From positions 1-64,000 of the forward strand of contig JBEWZL010000219.1 in the NCBI GenBank assembly GCA_045837725.1: DNA of 64,000 nucleotides, in the 5' to 3' direction. The notes below the pieces were generated by a model. That model was not told the DNA's origin. It did not search any database and saw nothing but the letters and a program-made list of their open reading frames with translations. How positions within the stretch are numbered: the first letter of the stretch is position 1; each line of letters begins with the position of its first letter. Position numbers and translations under genes: made by a program. This document shows positions 1 to 14,019 of this stretch, piece by piece. Origin of the DNA: Vermamoeba vermiformis. Taxonomy: Eukaryota.

Positions 1-472
1 TGTATAATGAAGGCGATGCATTGGACTGATCGGGAATTACAATCCATTCACCATTTGTTCGAGGAGCGTAGTTATAGTGATCGGTTATGTTCGCGATCTC
101 GTTGTACATCCCGTTGGGATCCCTTCGACGGACCGAAATACTGTTGGTGGAATTATTCACTTGAGAAAATACCATCAAATCGCCCCATAAGTCTATTGGA
201 AAAACAGCGCCGCTCAGAGGAACGCGAATCTGGGTCGAGGCTTTAATTGCCGTGAAAACCTGCTTGTATATTAATTATTATTAGAATCATAATGCTATCT
301 AATTTTAGCCAACAAGAGTCACGATAATATATTTATTTATAATTTATTAATCTTAATCTTAAAAAATTTTTGTTCAAATCTGTCGGTTTCTTACCGGTAC
401 AGCCAAGTTGAGGCCCATAGTACATAAAATAACAACCACGAAGAGTGATCTTTCAGAATTAACTATTACCAT
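1..472 (-). CDS. Secreted or surface protein of unknown function, 5' part (runs off the window)
   Basis: ATG 472. Exon 1 MVIVNSERSLFVVVILCTMGLNLAVP is signal-peptide-like and ends at a GTAAG donor. A downstream open frame (~259..1) reads VFTAIKASTQIRVPLSGAVFPIDLWGD...; the junction phase was not resolved. Confidence 0.55.
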
Positions 473-604
473 CGTTACGCTTTGTGGTGTTGCATAATAA
501 AATAATTCATGAAAAAAATAGACTACGAGTTTCAAAAGCGGAGGAGTCCAAGACCATATAATTTTATCGGTCCTACTTAGTAGAAGGTCGGAATAGGCCT
601 CCGA

Positions 605-3600
605 TTAATTCCTCAACACATCCAAACAAATCCAGTTTACTAATATTCTATCTACAGCCAAAATAAAACAAAGACCAACACAACACTCAAATAGCTTGAC
701 TACAATCGATGCCGAAGATACAGCTTCATCGTTATTGTTGCCGAACTGAGCTTCGTTCGCACCACCAGCTACAACAGCCAAGATCGGTCGATTAACATCA
801 GCCTCGAGACTATTAATGAGCACCAATGATTCGTCAGGGCCAGGAGTCGTACGGACAAAAGCAAACGAGACATAAGAAGCACCTGCACTTTGTCTGCCGG
901 CTACGTAAGAAGTGACGTCAAATTCGTAGTAAGCAATTGGATGGTTAATATCAGTGCTCGTTAATAGAACTCCAAATGCTGGTCTATTATTCCAAGTGAT
1001 AGTACTTTGGCTCCACCTAACCGAAAATCGTTATGTCAGATCGGATGTGGATGCGACCAGGATCTAACTTACGAGACATCAGGCACGGTGTAACATTGCA
1101 CGCTAAGAGGTCCTAGAGTTGATTGATAATATCCAAACAATCGCACAACTACGCGTTGAGAGCCAACTGTAGTGAGGCCGGAGATCGGGAACTTGACATA
1201 AATTTCACGCGTGAAGTTTGGATCCAACGAGTACTTGATGTACATTGTAGGTTCGAGTCCGTAGTTATCATTAGCATAGGTGCCTAAGGGACATAATCAG
1301 ATCAGCCCTCAATGTCATATAAAATTGTCACATACCACTGCGAACAGTCGCGTCATCAGTGGGATAAACAAAAGTTTGCGTGGACACAGGCGTGTTCGAA
1401 TAACGCGTCAACACGCGGTCGAAGATCAACGGAGGCAGACTCTCGTGACTCGAAGGAAGTGAAGGCAGCTGACGATTGGTAGAGTGATTTGATCACGACC
1501 GATAACGTGGTTTGACCGCTCGAGATCAATTCATTCGCATATGCTGTCAGATCAAAGTGGTACCATCCAATCGTTGACACATTGACACTCGTAAGCAAAT
1601 TACCTTAACAATGTGTTAGTTAATTGGTACTCGGGTCCTACTTCAAATAGACATACCAATTGCCGGCTGTGTGTTCCACGTCAATGTGTTTTCGTCCCAC
1701 GAACTTGACGCTCTGAAGGCACCCAAGATCGAATAGCTGCCGTCGTCGCGACCACCGTATAAATTGAGCGTCAAGCTAGCCAAGTTGTTCAAGCCCTATT
1801 AAGAAGTTCAGTGTAAACCCTACATTTTATTAAAAGGATGATCAAACGCATACGCTCAAGTTGATTTTGACCCAAGTCCAGCGACTCCAATCAGGCGTAG
1901 TATCGTTCTTGACTTGCAGAGTCGTAGCAGCTCCGTAATTAGTGTTGGCATAGATGCTAAAAAGCACGGAGTCAGCGAACGACCTTGATCATGTCTCGTC
2001 TTTACGTACCCATCACGGACGAAAGTGTCAGCAATCACTCGTGAAGGAGGGACTGCAACGGGTGTGCTCACGGGCGTTGATACTGGAACAGTCACAGGTG
2101 TTGCTACTGGCGTTGAAACTGGTGTAGCAACGGGTGTAGATACTGGGGTTGACACGGGGCTTGACACGGGTGTAGAAACCGGTGTCGCGACAGGAGGGGA
2201 GGAAGGAGGCACGGAGACTGGTGTGCCAGTGAGTTCAAGAGCCTCTATAGTTAAGACAAGCATGTAAGTTAGATAATCAAGTCCAAAATTGACTTTGAAG
2301 GCACGTACTTCGAACAGCTGCTAAGGGGTCAATGGCACCATTACCGTATTCGTCGTCCTATTACCAGTTAATAATAAGCTTTAACGCTATCATTTGTGTG
2401 CTACTTACACGACCAGGGGCACCAAGATCAATAGCCGTGGTCTCAATGATGGATCTGACCTCAAAGTTTGTGAAAGAAGGATTAACACTCCAAATGAGCG
2501 CAGCCAATGCTGAAACGTATGGAGTGGCCATAGAACAACCGGTCAACGAGGCATAGCTGTTAGTAGGATATGTGCTCCAAATGTCCGTGCCTGCAGATCG
2601 TGTCAGATCTTGATCTTGTTTCGGTTCTGTCATTTTGACAGCTGCGTGTCTAGAATAGCAACGCTGCACTTACCAGGGGCGGCAATGTCAATATAATCAC
2701 CCGTGTTAGAAGCTCCGTATCGGCTGTACACGCCATTGGCATCGATCTGAAGGTTGGTGACCGCAAACGAGTTGTTCGCAGCACCAGGCAACGAAGGAAG
2801 ATTGCCATCATAGAATAAATTGCCTGCACACGCGACGACCAAAGTTCCTGAATAGCAAAGTCAATCAAAGTTACTCCGGAGATACGTCCGAAGATACGAT
2901 CCGCACCTTTGGCAGTAGCATAATTGACAGCGTCATTTACGGAATCCGTGGGACCATATCCCTATTCATGTGATTAGATCAGTCATATTTAAGGTAGTTT
3001 CCGTACTTGAATGCTCAAGCTGACAATGTTCATGCCAGCATTTGCTGCATATGTGATCGCGCTTATAACGTCGCTCCAGGTTCCTCCGTTTGAAGCACCT
3101 AAGACCTTCAAGCCCATAATATTCACGCCTGGGGCAAGGCCAGAGACGCCTGAATGAGATTTCCGTTAGTTTCGTACGGATAATACTCGTGCAAACCTTT
3201 TGCATTGTTTTGTGTTGCGGCAATAATTCCGGTGACGTGAGTGCCTATAATGCATTTAATTAGCATGGTGTTTATAGTACCCGAGTCCTGCATACCATGG
3301 CCATTATCATCAAAAGGATCATTGTCACTATTGACGAAATCGTAACCGGGCAAGTAGTGCACATCCACCAAATCTTCGTGATTATATTCAATTCCAGTAT
3401 CAGCCACGGCAATTGACTTTTAAATATAACGTTAATATAAATATACTTTTGAAACCACGAGGAGATTACTCTGTAATTTCATGAAATTTTTCAATGGGTA
3501 CTGGTTTTATGCCCCGAAAGGCAAAACAACTTACAATGTTTGCAGCGGGATTGATTCTCACTAAGTCCCATACTTCGTAAGCTCTTAACTTGGTAAGAGC

Positions 3601-4067
3601 CCATTGTTGCGGAGCCAGCGGATCGTTGATCGCGTAGCCAGTAGAACCTGAGTAACAATCATAAGTTCATTCTATGGCTGGATATTATTACAATATCTTA
3701 CCAATGCCGTCTTGTTCGACAGAAAGTACGTCAGGATGTTGTCTGATTTCAGCCATCTTAGCTTCAATGTCGTCATCATCCACCTTTCAGTGAAACAAAA
3801 AGATCCATTAGAAACCTTTGGTACGAAATGGGATATCATTATCAGTATACGTACTCTGATGACCCACATATTTAAAGGTTCAATTCGTTTGACAATAGGT
3901 CCAAAGGAGCTTGCAACTTCTTCACCATTTTGTCGGATCTTGATGATAAGATGACGACGAGCTTCAGCTACGGCAGCTTGATACTGAGCGTCGTGAATAG
4001 ATTCTATTGAGCCTTGTACTGTAATTAGCACAAGGCAGAGCGCGGCAGCAAAGAGTAGTAATCGCAT
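605..4067 (-). CDS. Secreted subtilisin-like S8 peptidase with Pro/Thr linker and two DNRLRE/CBM96-like domains, multi-exon
   Basis: Signal peptide MRLLLFAAALCLVLITVQG. Catalytic motifs ADTG, DDNGHGTHVTG, oxyanion ACAGN, GCSMATP. TPV(A/S) linker. Two repeats of D(T/A)xVRxG..NYG..W.E/Q..(L/I)TWN..P. Probable indels near 1395 and 700; the alternative C-terminus SYLSVVLVFVLFWL* stops at 652. Confidence 0.9.
2045..2229 (-). repeat. Coding tandem repeat (TPVA/TPVS, 12-bp unit), mucin-like linker
   Basis: Translation reads PPVATPVSTPVSSPVSTPVSTPVATPVSTPVATPVTVPVSTPVSTPVAVPP. Confidence 0.85.
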
Positions 4068-4733
4068 TGCAGATCGAGGTACAGATCCAATTAATTGTGT
4101 TGGTGTCTTCGTTAATAGATTATACTAGCTGTGGCTGAACTTTTTTATACTTTACTCAACGTCTTTCGTCAAAGGGATACGCTGGGAAGTCCACAAGAGT
4201 TTTCTCGCGGATGCGCACCATTTATTGACTTTTCCCCATCTCTGGGCCATTTGTTAAGACTTGTTTGTAGGTTCCTGGAGTATTAATAATATCTCATAAT
4301 AAAATGCGCACGTAAGGTTATAATAGAGCGTCAGTCGTTTCATGGAACAAATTTGAGTCAAATCCAAACGAATTTTTCCTCGCTTGGTGCCTCAAAAAAT
4401 ATCAAAAATATTTATAAAGATTAGTGAAGGGTTGATCGATGACAATTTCAGAAAGAATAAATACGAAGGACGCATCTTGCAGAAATTTTGTATTAAACGC
4501 CAAAACATCGAGTTTTCTTGCGCTAATATCAGCCTAGTTATTTTATAATCCCAAATAATTTTACCGGTTTCTTTTCGACGACATCTGTTTCGTATGCATT
4601 AAGATCAGACTGGACACTGAGCTCCAGTTCCGTGTAGTGCTAGTGGTAGACAAAAAAAAGGATAAGCCCAACCTGTGTTGATCCTTCTTTCGGCACTAAT
4701 TAAAAATACCGCTTACGGTGATTTTGGCGGGCT

Positions 4734-7700
4734 TCATTTTTGATCCATTCTCGAGCCAAGTTTCACCCCTTCTCCATCGAATAGTTCAACTTTTGTGCTT
4801 GCGAATCTGATCTTTCCTGTAGCCGAGTCCTCGTCCGCGTTGTCTTTAGCTAGATTCGCCTTTGGCGACGAATCTCCTTGCAGTTTCTGATCAGAAACTT
4901 TTTCATGAGGGCGATTATAACAAGCTTTATTCTTTTTCTCAAATACTGCAACGAACTATCTCAAAATATGAGTTCGAATATATCAGCGCCTTTGTATTCT
5001 TGCACCTTCTTGTTGAGCTCGTCGTTCGTCGTGTCAAACTTCTTACTTTTCAATGCGCTCTTCAACTTGTCTTCAAATCCAAACCCACGTCGATTATAGA
5101 TGCATAATGCTTCGAGACTTTTATCTATTATGCACGCTGCCAAGTAAATGATCGCTTTTTCAACTTTGGTCCGCCGTTCTTGATCCGCAATTTCTTCGAT
5201 CTCTTCACTGAGTTCGTTCAATAATATTTTTTTTCGTTTTAATGCCTATAATAATATTATGTTATACTTTTTGTGTGGGAGATGCTCTGTAGAGTTACCA
5301 AGGGATCTATTCTATCGTAGAGTTTCCAGCCACCAATTCTGAAAATGGATGCATGCAAGAGACCAAAAATTTCCTAAATTCAAATCAGCATATAACAGTA
5401 TTAACTAATGGGCGTACTTTGCTTTTCCAATAGTTTTCGTATTTTTGGATGTGCTCCGGAAGTACCTCTTGTGTTGCACGAGGCCAATGTTCTTCCACCG
5501 TGAACAACGTCTGTAATAACTGCACATGAATACATTAGTGATAATTAACATTGAAAGTATTGTTGACTTTCATACGAAACCCAACTTCTTCTCTTTTTGC
5601 CTTAAGCAATACTGCAGGCTAAGCTCCAAAACTTCACGTATCACTTTTGCAGGCACTAACGGCACTGTTAATAGGACTTGCATAACCTATTGGCCAAGCA
5701 CGGTTATGAGATCCTGGATCTTGAAACACAAATCTTAAGCGATGAATAAAATACCTCGTCAAACATTTTGCCTAATAAATCCATTGCGTTTTCATCCAGT
5801 TGAAATCCTTCCTCGAAATACGTGTTCATGGATCCAAAGATGATCCGAGTGTAATAGACGATGTGATTATCGTCGAGATGCGGCGCAAGTAACTTGAACA
5901 TAAAAATAATTTCGTGTATGTTTTCGTCCTCTAGCTCGGATTCCAATCTGTAATATCCCAATAGTGCGTGGAAGACGCGTTGAGCGTACGGAAGAAATTT
6001 CTGCGTGTTAATTTTGTAAGATAGTTCGAACTTTCTATTATACCACGTACCTCTTTGTCCCAATACTCGCCAAATCCAACCAGTTTATGCACGGCAGATT
6101 CGATATAAACGTTTTCTAAGATCTGCACGACAAAATATTAGTGTGACACATTTGACATTTTTGACATTTTGACATACGTAGCCCATTTCTTGCGTATCAA
6201 AATCATCTTCGGTAGCAACTTTGGTCGTGTCGAGAAGTTCAATAAAGGCACTGCACTTCTTCGTACTTTCAATCTGAGGCTCATCAAAGCTGCACAAAGC
6301 CTTCGCATTGAGTGCCTGTTCGCGTTGCTCCTTTGTGTATGGAACATATTTTGGTAAATTAGTATTAGGCGCTGGTACTTCAATGTGCAAATGATTATTG
6401 TTATTGCCCTGATAAAGTGGGTTGTTTTCAACGAGCACTGCTGCAGGACCACCTAGTGGAGCTTCATCGAGATCACCACTAACATCACTTTCGTAGTTGA
6501 GATCATAGTCAGATAAAAGCGGGCTCTTGCCATATAAGGAAAGTTCTGGTGGTAACACTGAGAAGATTGACTCGATGAGGTCATTTGAATTCGCCGCTAC
6601 ATCTAGCATTCGTGCTCTTCCGGAACTAGCGAAGAAGAACTCCTTGCGCACTGGAAAGCCAATTGTTCCGTCTTGAACGGACTTGACAATCTCGAATAAC
6701 TCGGGATTGAATTCTTCGTCCAGGAGATAAATGGCTGAATACAAAATCAGTAAAATTGAAATATGCGTAATTAACGTACCCATATCAATGTATACTCGTA
6801 GAATCAGCTCCGAGTCAATCTGGCCTCGCAGTTCGGGAGACTTCGCGATTGAAAACAAAACTTCGCGGTACTCAGGCAAATGCTAGCAATGTCCAAATAA
6901 ATCAATGTACCGTCAAGCGTATACTAATACGCACCTTTATCAAGCGTTGAGTTGGCAGCATGTCCAAAAGGGCCAATTTTCCCAGCCCAGCATCGAATTG
7001 ATGATCGGGACTTGCAACGACACCAGGTCTCTTCAATGCATCGAGAATAGCTCTATTGACCTTCTCAAACAATTCGTCGTGCACACTGAGAGTCCAATCC
7101 TCCTTGGAGATGTACTCGCAGGACAGTAAAAGTGCTTGTAGACCATGGCATCTGTTGGAAATTTGCACCGTCAAAAGTGAGTCTAATGCGTTTTAACAAT
7201 TAATTGTACTTACGCAATGCGTACTGGAAGCGAGGGAAGTCTATCGCAAATCAATCCAATAATTCTGTGAATTTGTTCGGTGGTCAAACTTGGACTGACT
7301 TCCTGACGAAGCTGGCTTGTAACTGCCAAGCTTAGCCCCAGAAACGCAGCAAATTGCACCTCTGGATGTTGTTTAGGGCCTTCTAAAACTTCCAACGCAA
7401 AACTACAAAAAAGTGTTACTTGTAGTTCGAATCAATCTGGCCAACGTTCGGTCAACGCGAATCTGACGCTATTAATGAGCACGTACTTTAAGCAGTCAAT
7501 AGTGTACGCAGTGTGTAGTACCCATGATACTTGAGTTACTGCAAATGCACTCGCTTTGACCCGAAAATCATCGCTCTTGTTGAATTCTTCACGCGCCGTT
7601 GAGATTAGGACAGGGTGATAATGAAATGCGATATGACGCTCTCTTTCTTTGAAAAACACAGGTCATAACTTCTTCTTTAGGATATTTGAAACTAAATTCA

Positions 7701-8994
7701 ACTTCGGTATTAAGATCTGTTGTTTCAGATCCGTAATGAATCATTCTTCGAATTAGCGTAGCGAAGAATTTCTTATTCTTTTGCGTTTCCTCACTATCTC
7801 CACGAGAATCAAGTGGGTATTTAATCCCCTTAAACTTGAATATCTCGCATGCTATTGTGAAGCATTTTTCTGAGTGCTCGGGAAAGTCCGATTTGACTAG
7901 GTCGCAAACTCTTAAAAAGTCTTCTGCTTGCCTATAATAGCATTATTAGCTTACTGTAATATAAATAATACTATCGGGTTAATAAGAAACTCACTCTATG
8001 GGGCCGCCACGTATCCAAGGACGCATCTCAGTCAATACATTGAGGGCATTTTTGACGTCATTAGTTAAATTGTATTGCTTCAATATCTGGTATAATCAGC
8101 ATTAAAAACTCTTGTTGATCACCCCGATACCATCCGTTCTGGGATGCATCATCTTCAAATTCGGGAGCGGCTATACTATGATCAATCAATTTCGATATAA
8201 CCTCATACGTTAATTCTGAATCTTCATCTAACGGTCTACAGCCTCCTTCCTAATTATAGAAAGTTTACAGATCCGGATTCAAATAATGCCAATATTTTTT
8301 TCTTTCGTTCACTCACCTCCATGGCAACGAAGTCAATATATTCTTGTATTAAATGATCGATAACGCCTCTTTATAAGAAGTTAGTTTCATTGAGCGTCAC
8401 TTAACACAATGCGAACCTGATCCGGTAGTAATTCATCCAATCGATCAGTTGTTTGCCATTTTCTATAAATATATTAATATAATTTCTTCACAACAAAATC
8501 CATACCGATTGACATTGGTATCAGAACACGATCAGGATCGCCTTCTTTTTGTGAGTAATTTGAGGGGCGATTTGGTGCAATATCTTCGCCCCATCGAACT
8601 ATTGAATTCGCTCTCCATAAATCTTTGGATCTTGCAAGCCTATTCCAGCGAGTACAGGCCTGACGCAAAGCAACTACGAAACAATTATTAATTAAATGAA
8701 AAGAATTCCCGCCAAATTATTAATAAATATTGAATAGAGTTAAGTCTAAGAAGCGTTTTTAAAATTAGAAAACCTAACTAATAAATTACATTGATGAATT
8801 GACAAATTTTAAAAGCTAATAGAGCGCATACCTAGTTCGTCTGCATCGAGTTGCGAAAAAATGCCGATCAACAATTCATCTTGCAAGCTATTTAATTCAA
8901 TCGCATTACTTTTATGCTTTTTAAAAGGTCTTTCATCTTCTTCGTCGTGTTCCCCTTCTCGATTTGTGTTTGACATCTTGGAGATCAGCTCCAT
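4734..8994 (-). CDS. F-box protein with long helical (ARM/HEAT-like) C-terminal region, multi-exon
   Basis: N-terminus RPFKKHK...LNSLQDELLIGIFSQLD..LRQACTRWNRLARSKDLW..IDWMNYY fits an F-box. A chain of GT-AG exons with helical composition follows. Last exon ends GSRMDQK* at 4734. Confidence 0.7.
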
Positions 8995-9299
8995 ATCTAA
9001 ATTTAGTCGGTCAAGATAAACTTATCGCATGAAATAATCAGAATCTGATATCTTTATTTTGAAGAATAGAATACAATTGACTACTTTGTAGGAACAGGAG
9101 TTTGAATTAATAATTCATAGCAGTGACGAAGAATTAAAAGAGTAATACTATAGCAAATACCGATAAATGGATCGATACAAAAGTGATGCGAAGGTACGTA
9201 GCGTCGGGGAAACTGGAGGAGGAGCGGATTGCAGAGAAGGTTTTCCCCTTACGGTTCCCTCGTTAATGACGATGTATAATATCTTAACATTCTCCGCTG

Positions 9300-10146
9300 A
9301 ATCGTGACGCACAACAACCCAGCAAAGAGACCACACCGAGAAGCGAGAAGCCAAAAAGCCAAAAAAAAAAAAAGAACACGTTTGGACCACGAGACCCAAG
9401 GAGACCGAGCAAGCGCAAGCAGCGAAGAGACGAGCAGAGAGCGAAGCGCACCCGAGACGGGTGTCAACGTCTGCACATGAGGTGCCACGAGAATAGGGTG
9501 TGGGGAGAGGGATTTTTTTGGATCGGGAGTAAGGGACCGCGAGACATTTATATTGGTGAGTTTGCAGCGGGGGTGAGCAGAAGTTTTGTTAGGACCGGAA
9601 GCAAAGGCTTTAACGGGAGGCGGCGACTGGAGAGTGCTCCAAGAAAATGTTATAATTGAGATATGACGTGAGTTGGAAGTATCGTTTGGGGAGCTTTTTT
9701 GTAGATTGAGGGGTGTTGGTGTGTGGGGGCAGCTGGGCGGTGTGTCGCTTGCGTTTCCATCCCATTTTGAGCCCTGTGTTTGTGGTAGTAGCGTTGTATA
9801 CAAATTTATATCGAATATGCTGCAGAAAACTAACGATTAAATTTGTGGTTCCTTGCTGTCATTTCAAAGGTGACACGGGACAAGATCTGCCTGCGTTATT
9901 TTGGGTTAGAATTTTGCCACTAACGGTAGTTAAAAACAAATGTACTTACTAGTGGTCACAGTTGACAGTCACTTGAGTTCGTTGGCGAAAGACAGTAGGA
10001 GAAAGTTTCGAAGCCACTATTTCATTAGGTTGGAGGTCTGTCTACAAGAATAAGCAACAAATATATATATTATATTTTTTAATTATTAAGAAGAAATTGG
10101 TTTTTTTTTTTTTGGGGGAGGGGAAATTTTTTTTTTTTTTTAAAAA

Positions 10147-10190
<44 letters not shown>

Positions 10191-10235
10191 TTTTTTTTTG
10201 GTAATTTTTATATTTTTTTTTTAAAAAAAAAATTG
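9300..10235. other. Low-quality or low-complexity segment, probable assembly artefact
   Basis: Abrupt compositional shifts, purine-rich noise, long poly-T/poly-A runs (10081-10230) and no splicable ORF. Confidence 0.7.
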
Positions 10236-10481
10236 AAGATCTGGGTTAAATCTGTAGGTAGGTCTGCACGAGTACCCTCCGTCGGTGAAATAATCATATT
10301 AAACGCTTGTCTTTTAATCGTAAAGGCGAACTGCCGTGGTCCTAGGTTGGTTGTAAAATGATTTATCTGAGTATTCACTATATTCGTCTTTTTTGAGTTA
10401 GTTCTCGCTAGGGCCCACTTCAAGTTATGATTAACGATAATTTATTTATAATATGTACAAATACCGTGTCAAGTTACGGAG

Positions 10482-12380
10482 TTAAGCTTGGTTGTGGAAG
10501 TTAGGATTGATCTGGTACGCGAAAATAAGCGATCTTGTATCTTCCGTGTAAGCGTCGTCTAAATTCTTCTTAGTAGGGTCAGTTTTGATATTCACAAAGT
10601 CTTTAAAGCTTCCATCAGGCTTCAAGTGGAATGTCATCGAGTTGTGGATGTGGGCGGTACGTTTGTTGTCACAATGCACGTAGAAGGGTGGTTTGACTTC
10701 AGTCTTAGCCAAGTACAATGTCTCTTGAATGGCGCGAGGGAATTGCAAGTCAATGTACTCGTAGGGACTCGTGAACTCGGTGTTCAGCATGTAGTAGTCG
10801 TCCTCACGCTTCAGAATGCCAATGGCCTCTAATTGCTAAAATAAAACGTTAGAATAATGAAGACCGAATACCAAGTGCATATTTTATTAACTGAAATAAT
10901 ATTTGTGTACTTTAAGCAGGTAAAAAAGTTTTGGATCTTGCGCATCTGACACAAGTGTTTGAATAATAATCATACCTTAAGATGGAATCCTAATCGTCGA
11001 ACTTGACGCAATTTCAGTGCAAGCTGTTCAGCAGTGAATTTGAGCGTCTCTTGCTTTGCTTCAGAAGGTACGCTATCTTGTGTATTCAAAGACGGATAGT
11101 TGAACAAACTGAGGATCGCGAAGTGATCTACATCGACCTTGAGCCAGACAGGCTTTTGTAAGTATGTAGCCTCGATCTCAAATACTACAAGATCGTTCTT
11201 AAGCAAAAACTTGCGACCACGCGTTCGTTGCCAGTACTGATCTTCGTAGTTCAGCATTTCAACTTCCATGTTCGTCTACAATAGGTAACATTAATTATAT
11301 TAATATCGTCGATTTATATAAATTCTAAATATGCATATATTTGATACTTACAGGTAACTGAGGCTTTTCTTCTTCGATGTTATGCAAGTTCCACAAAGAC
11401 GGCACGATAGTAGACGACAATAGGAGCATATTATTATGATAGTTGTTGCTTCCTTCCCACGACTGCCAGTTTTGAATAAAATCCTCCATCGCTTGCACGA
11501 TTGATAGCAAGGCAGTATGGTTTTTGAACGCAAACTTGATTAAAAACGTTTAGTATCCTACCTCGTGGATTAACAAATAAATAAATAAATAGCTTACCTT
11601 GAATAAGTCAATTACAAGCATTTCAGCGCTAATATTTGAGGCTTGTTGCACGGCTCTGAAAATAAGACCATTTCCATGGTAGCGCAGCAGATCGAAGCCC
11701 AAACAAAACGACTGCGATATGATAAGTATGCCTCGAGCCTTGTACAATAAGTATATTAGTTCATGAGGATTAGGTTTGCATCGCCACGATGAAATCTAAT
11801 ATTCTTGGATTCGCCGTAATAACTTACAAGTTCACCCAAGGCATATTGCAATTCAGCATTCGTTGAAAATGGCAATTCGTTTGTTAGAATATAGTTGAGA
11901 GTAATCTCGATGCGTTGGATAATATCGTCGGTCACTTGCTCAAGCGGCGAATCTGTATCCAAAAATTTAAGGCCCATAAGACGCTTGACGAGCTTAACGT
12001 CACTAGCGATCATGTGCCTCCAAATATTGCACGTAGATTTTATGTTGACCCAGTCCTTCAGGTCTCTATTAATCGGAATTGAATTAGCAGCTGAAATTCA
12101 GATTCGATCGTCTTTTACTTACGCCAAGTAGCTGAACACCTTCTTCCAGATGGCACTATTCAGCGGTAGGTATTTAGTTGAGTCAACTGCATCAGTGGGA
12201 AGGCAGCCCTGTTGCAATAACAGCTCGTCTTGAGGAAGAAAGAGTTAGCAAAGATCTCCACAGGCACGGGTCATTTCAAGCAGTAAACTTACTGAAAGGA
12301 ACATATTTTCGAGCTTCAGCAGGAACCTCGAATATTTCGAGCGTGCAGCAGCGAAGTAAGTCAAAAGGAACACTTTGCAT
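10482..12380 (-). CDS. F-box-like protein with uncharacterised C-terminal domain, multi-exon
   Basis: ATG 12380 (MQSVPFDLL...). YLPLNSAIWKKVFSYL..DLKDWVNIKSTCNIWRHMI is F-box-like. Exons correspond to ORFs 11756-12013, 11550-11747, 11325-11510, 10970-11269 and 10482-10790. Confidence 0.65.
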
Positions 12381-12883
12381 GATAAATCCGGATTTGACTT
12401 GATTTGTTCGGGTGTATAATTTTAAAAATTACTAAAAGATGCCCAACGAGCCTATTAGACTTGTCTCGGAGACCAAAAATAGGGATAAATTATTGAAATA
12501 TTATTGAAAAATCAATGAAAAAACATCTAACTTGTCTGGGTCTTGCGAGGAGATTGATTTGGCTGCGCGATCGTTGCAAAATTCGAAGGAAATGATGATG
12601 TATGGACTAACCCTCAATTAGGCTGTTGCCTCGTAATTGGAATTCCAGTTTGCATCTGATCGAACGTTGGGTTGGGTTTGGTCTTAAAATATGCTCTTTC
12701 CTAAAAACGTAGATGGAATTCTAAAATCGATAACCTTGACCAATCGTTAATCTGCTACAAGGTTCGGGTAATTAGAAATTATCGCAATTATTTAGGGAGG
12801 CTTTATTTCTGGCAACAAAAAAAAACGGTCAAATTCGCAAACCATTTTATCTCACAACTACCAACAACACTACCACACCTAAC

Positions 12884-13631
12884 ATGTATCCTAATCAACC
12901 TGGTTACCCTGGCCAACCTGGCAACCCTTACGCCATGCAGATGCCGGGTCAAACCTATCCTGGTCAAGTTCCGGGCCAACCTTACCCCGGCCAACCTGGT
13001 ATGCCTGGAGCTTACCCTCAACCCGGTCAACCTGGTTACGTTCAACAGACCACCGTCACTACCACTACTAGCGGTCAAACTGGCTATCCTCCTCAACCCG
13101 GATACCCTCCTCAACCTGGATACCCTCAACCTGGCATGCCCGGAGCTATGCCTGGCATGCCTGGAATGCCTGGTGCTATGCCTGGTGCTATGGTTAGCAT
13201 TCCTGGCCAATGGTCTCGTCCTTCCTTCCAATACAACATGCCCTACTCTCGCCAAGAGATCTTCATCATCCCTTACGGCATTGATCCCGTTCAAGCTCAA
13301 CGCATGACTCGTGCCTCTCAAATCTTCCGTACCTTCGATCGCAACTACTCTGGTACCTTGTCCTTCAAGGAGTGGAAGAAGGCCATGAAGGCTTTGGGCT
13401 ACCACATGAACAAGTGGGACAAGGAACGCTTGTTCTTCATGATCGATAGCAACCGATCAGGCCAGATTGACGAGCGAGAGTTCTGTAAGTGAAATAGCAA
13501 ATTTTTAAGATTTTTTGCATTATTTTAGGATTTTTTTAGCTCACAAAAATTAGATTTGAAAAAAAAACTTTCAATCCGGAATTCTAACCAACGATTATTT
13601 AGGCGAATACTGGGCCCTCTATGGCTACTAA
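12884..13631 (+). CDS. EF-hand calcium-binding protein with Gly/Pro/Tyr/Gln-rich N-terminus (peflin/annexin-A7-type low-complexity tail)
   Basis: PGQPGY repeats. Two EF loops, DRNYSGTLSFKE and DSNRSGQIDERE. One intron 13485-13602; last exon (C)EYWALYGY*. Confidence 0.85.
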
Positions 13632-14019
13632 ATTATTTAGCGTGCGTTCACGCTCACCGATTTGTATGATTAAAGATAAGACTAGCTGTTAATAAAATTA
13701 AAATTGAAGCAAATCCGCGGTGAATCTTCATGATTTCGTGATCATAACGCTTGTTTGAATAATCGATTTTCAATAAGTGAGCATTTGATGATTGTTTACC
13801 ACCCGCGGCTATTCATGAAAGTAAGATGTACATCCGTTTGGTCTATCTCATTGTCTTCCAGCTCTATTGCAATACAAATTACTGGGTGTATTTTGTATGC
13901 AAAATAATACCGAGGCAAGCTTATTGACTCAGCCGCACACGAGTTCAATTTGTGTATTTTGTAAATAGATCTACAACCACAACACTTGAAATTTTATTAA
14001 TTTCTATTATATTTATATA

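Noticed and set aside
4608-4700. Imperfect hairpin downstream of the F-box/ARM gene (SECIS or ncRNA)
   Set aside because: There is no SECIS core or in-frame UGA once the gene is spliced, and the pairing is weak.
9167-10235. ORFs 9148-9399, 9249-9803, 9477-9659, 9713-9952 and a possible F-box start (NDDVYNILTF) near 9260
   Set aside because: The region looks like low-quality read sequence with homopolymer runs; no consistent gene model can be built.
12803-13405. Long antisense ORFs (12803-13405, 2025-2267, 17474-18031, 58717-59070, 59812-60165)
   Set aside because: They are shadows of repetitive or codon-biased genes on the opposite strand.
13785-13815. TGATGA followed by a partial match to the 18S rRNA complement
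   Set aside because: Complementarity is interrupted and there is no box D.
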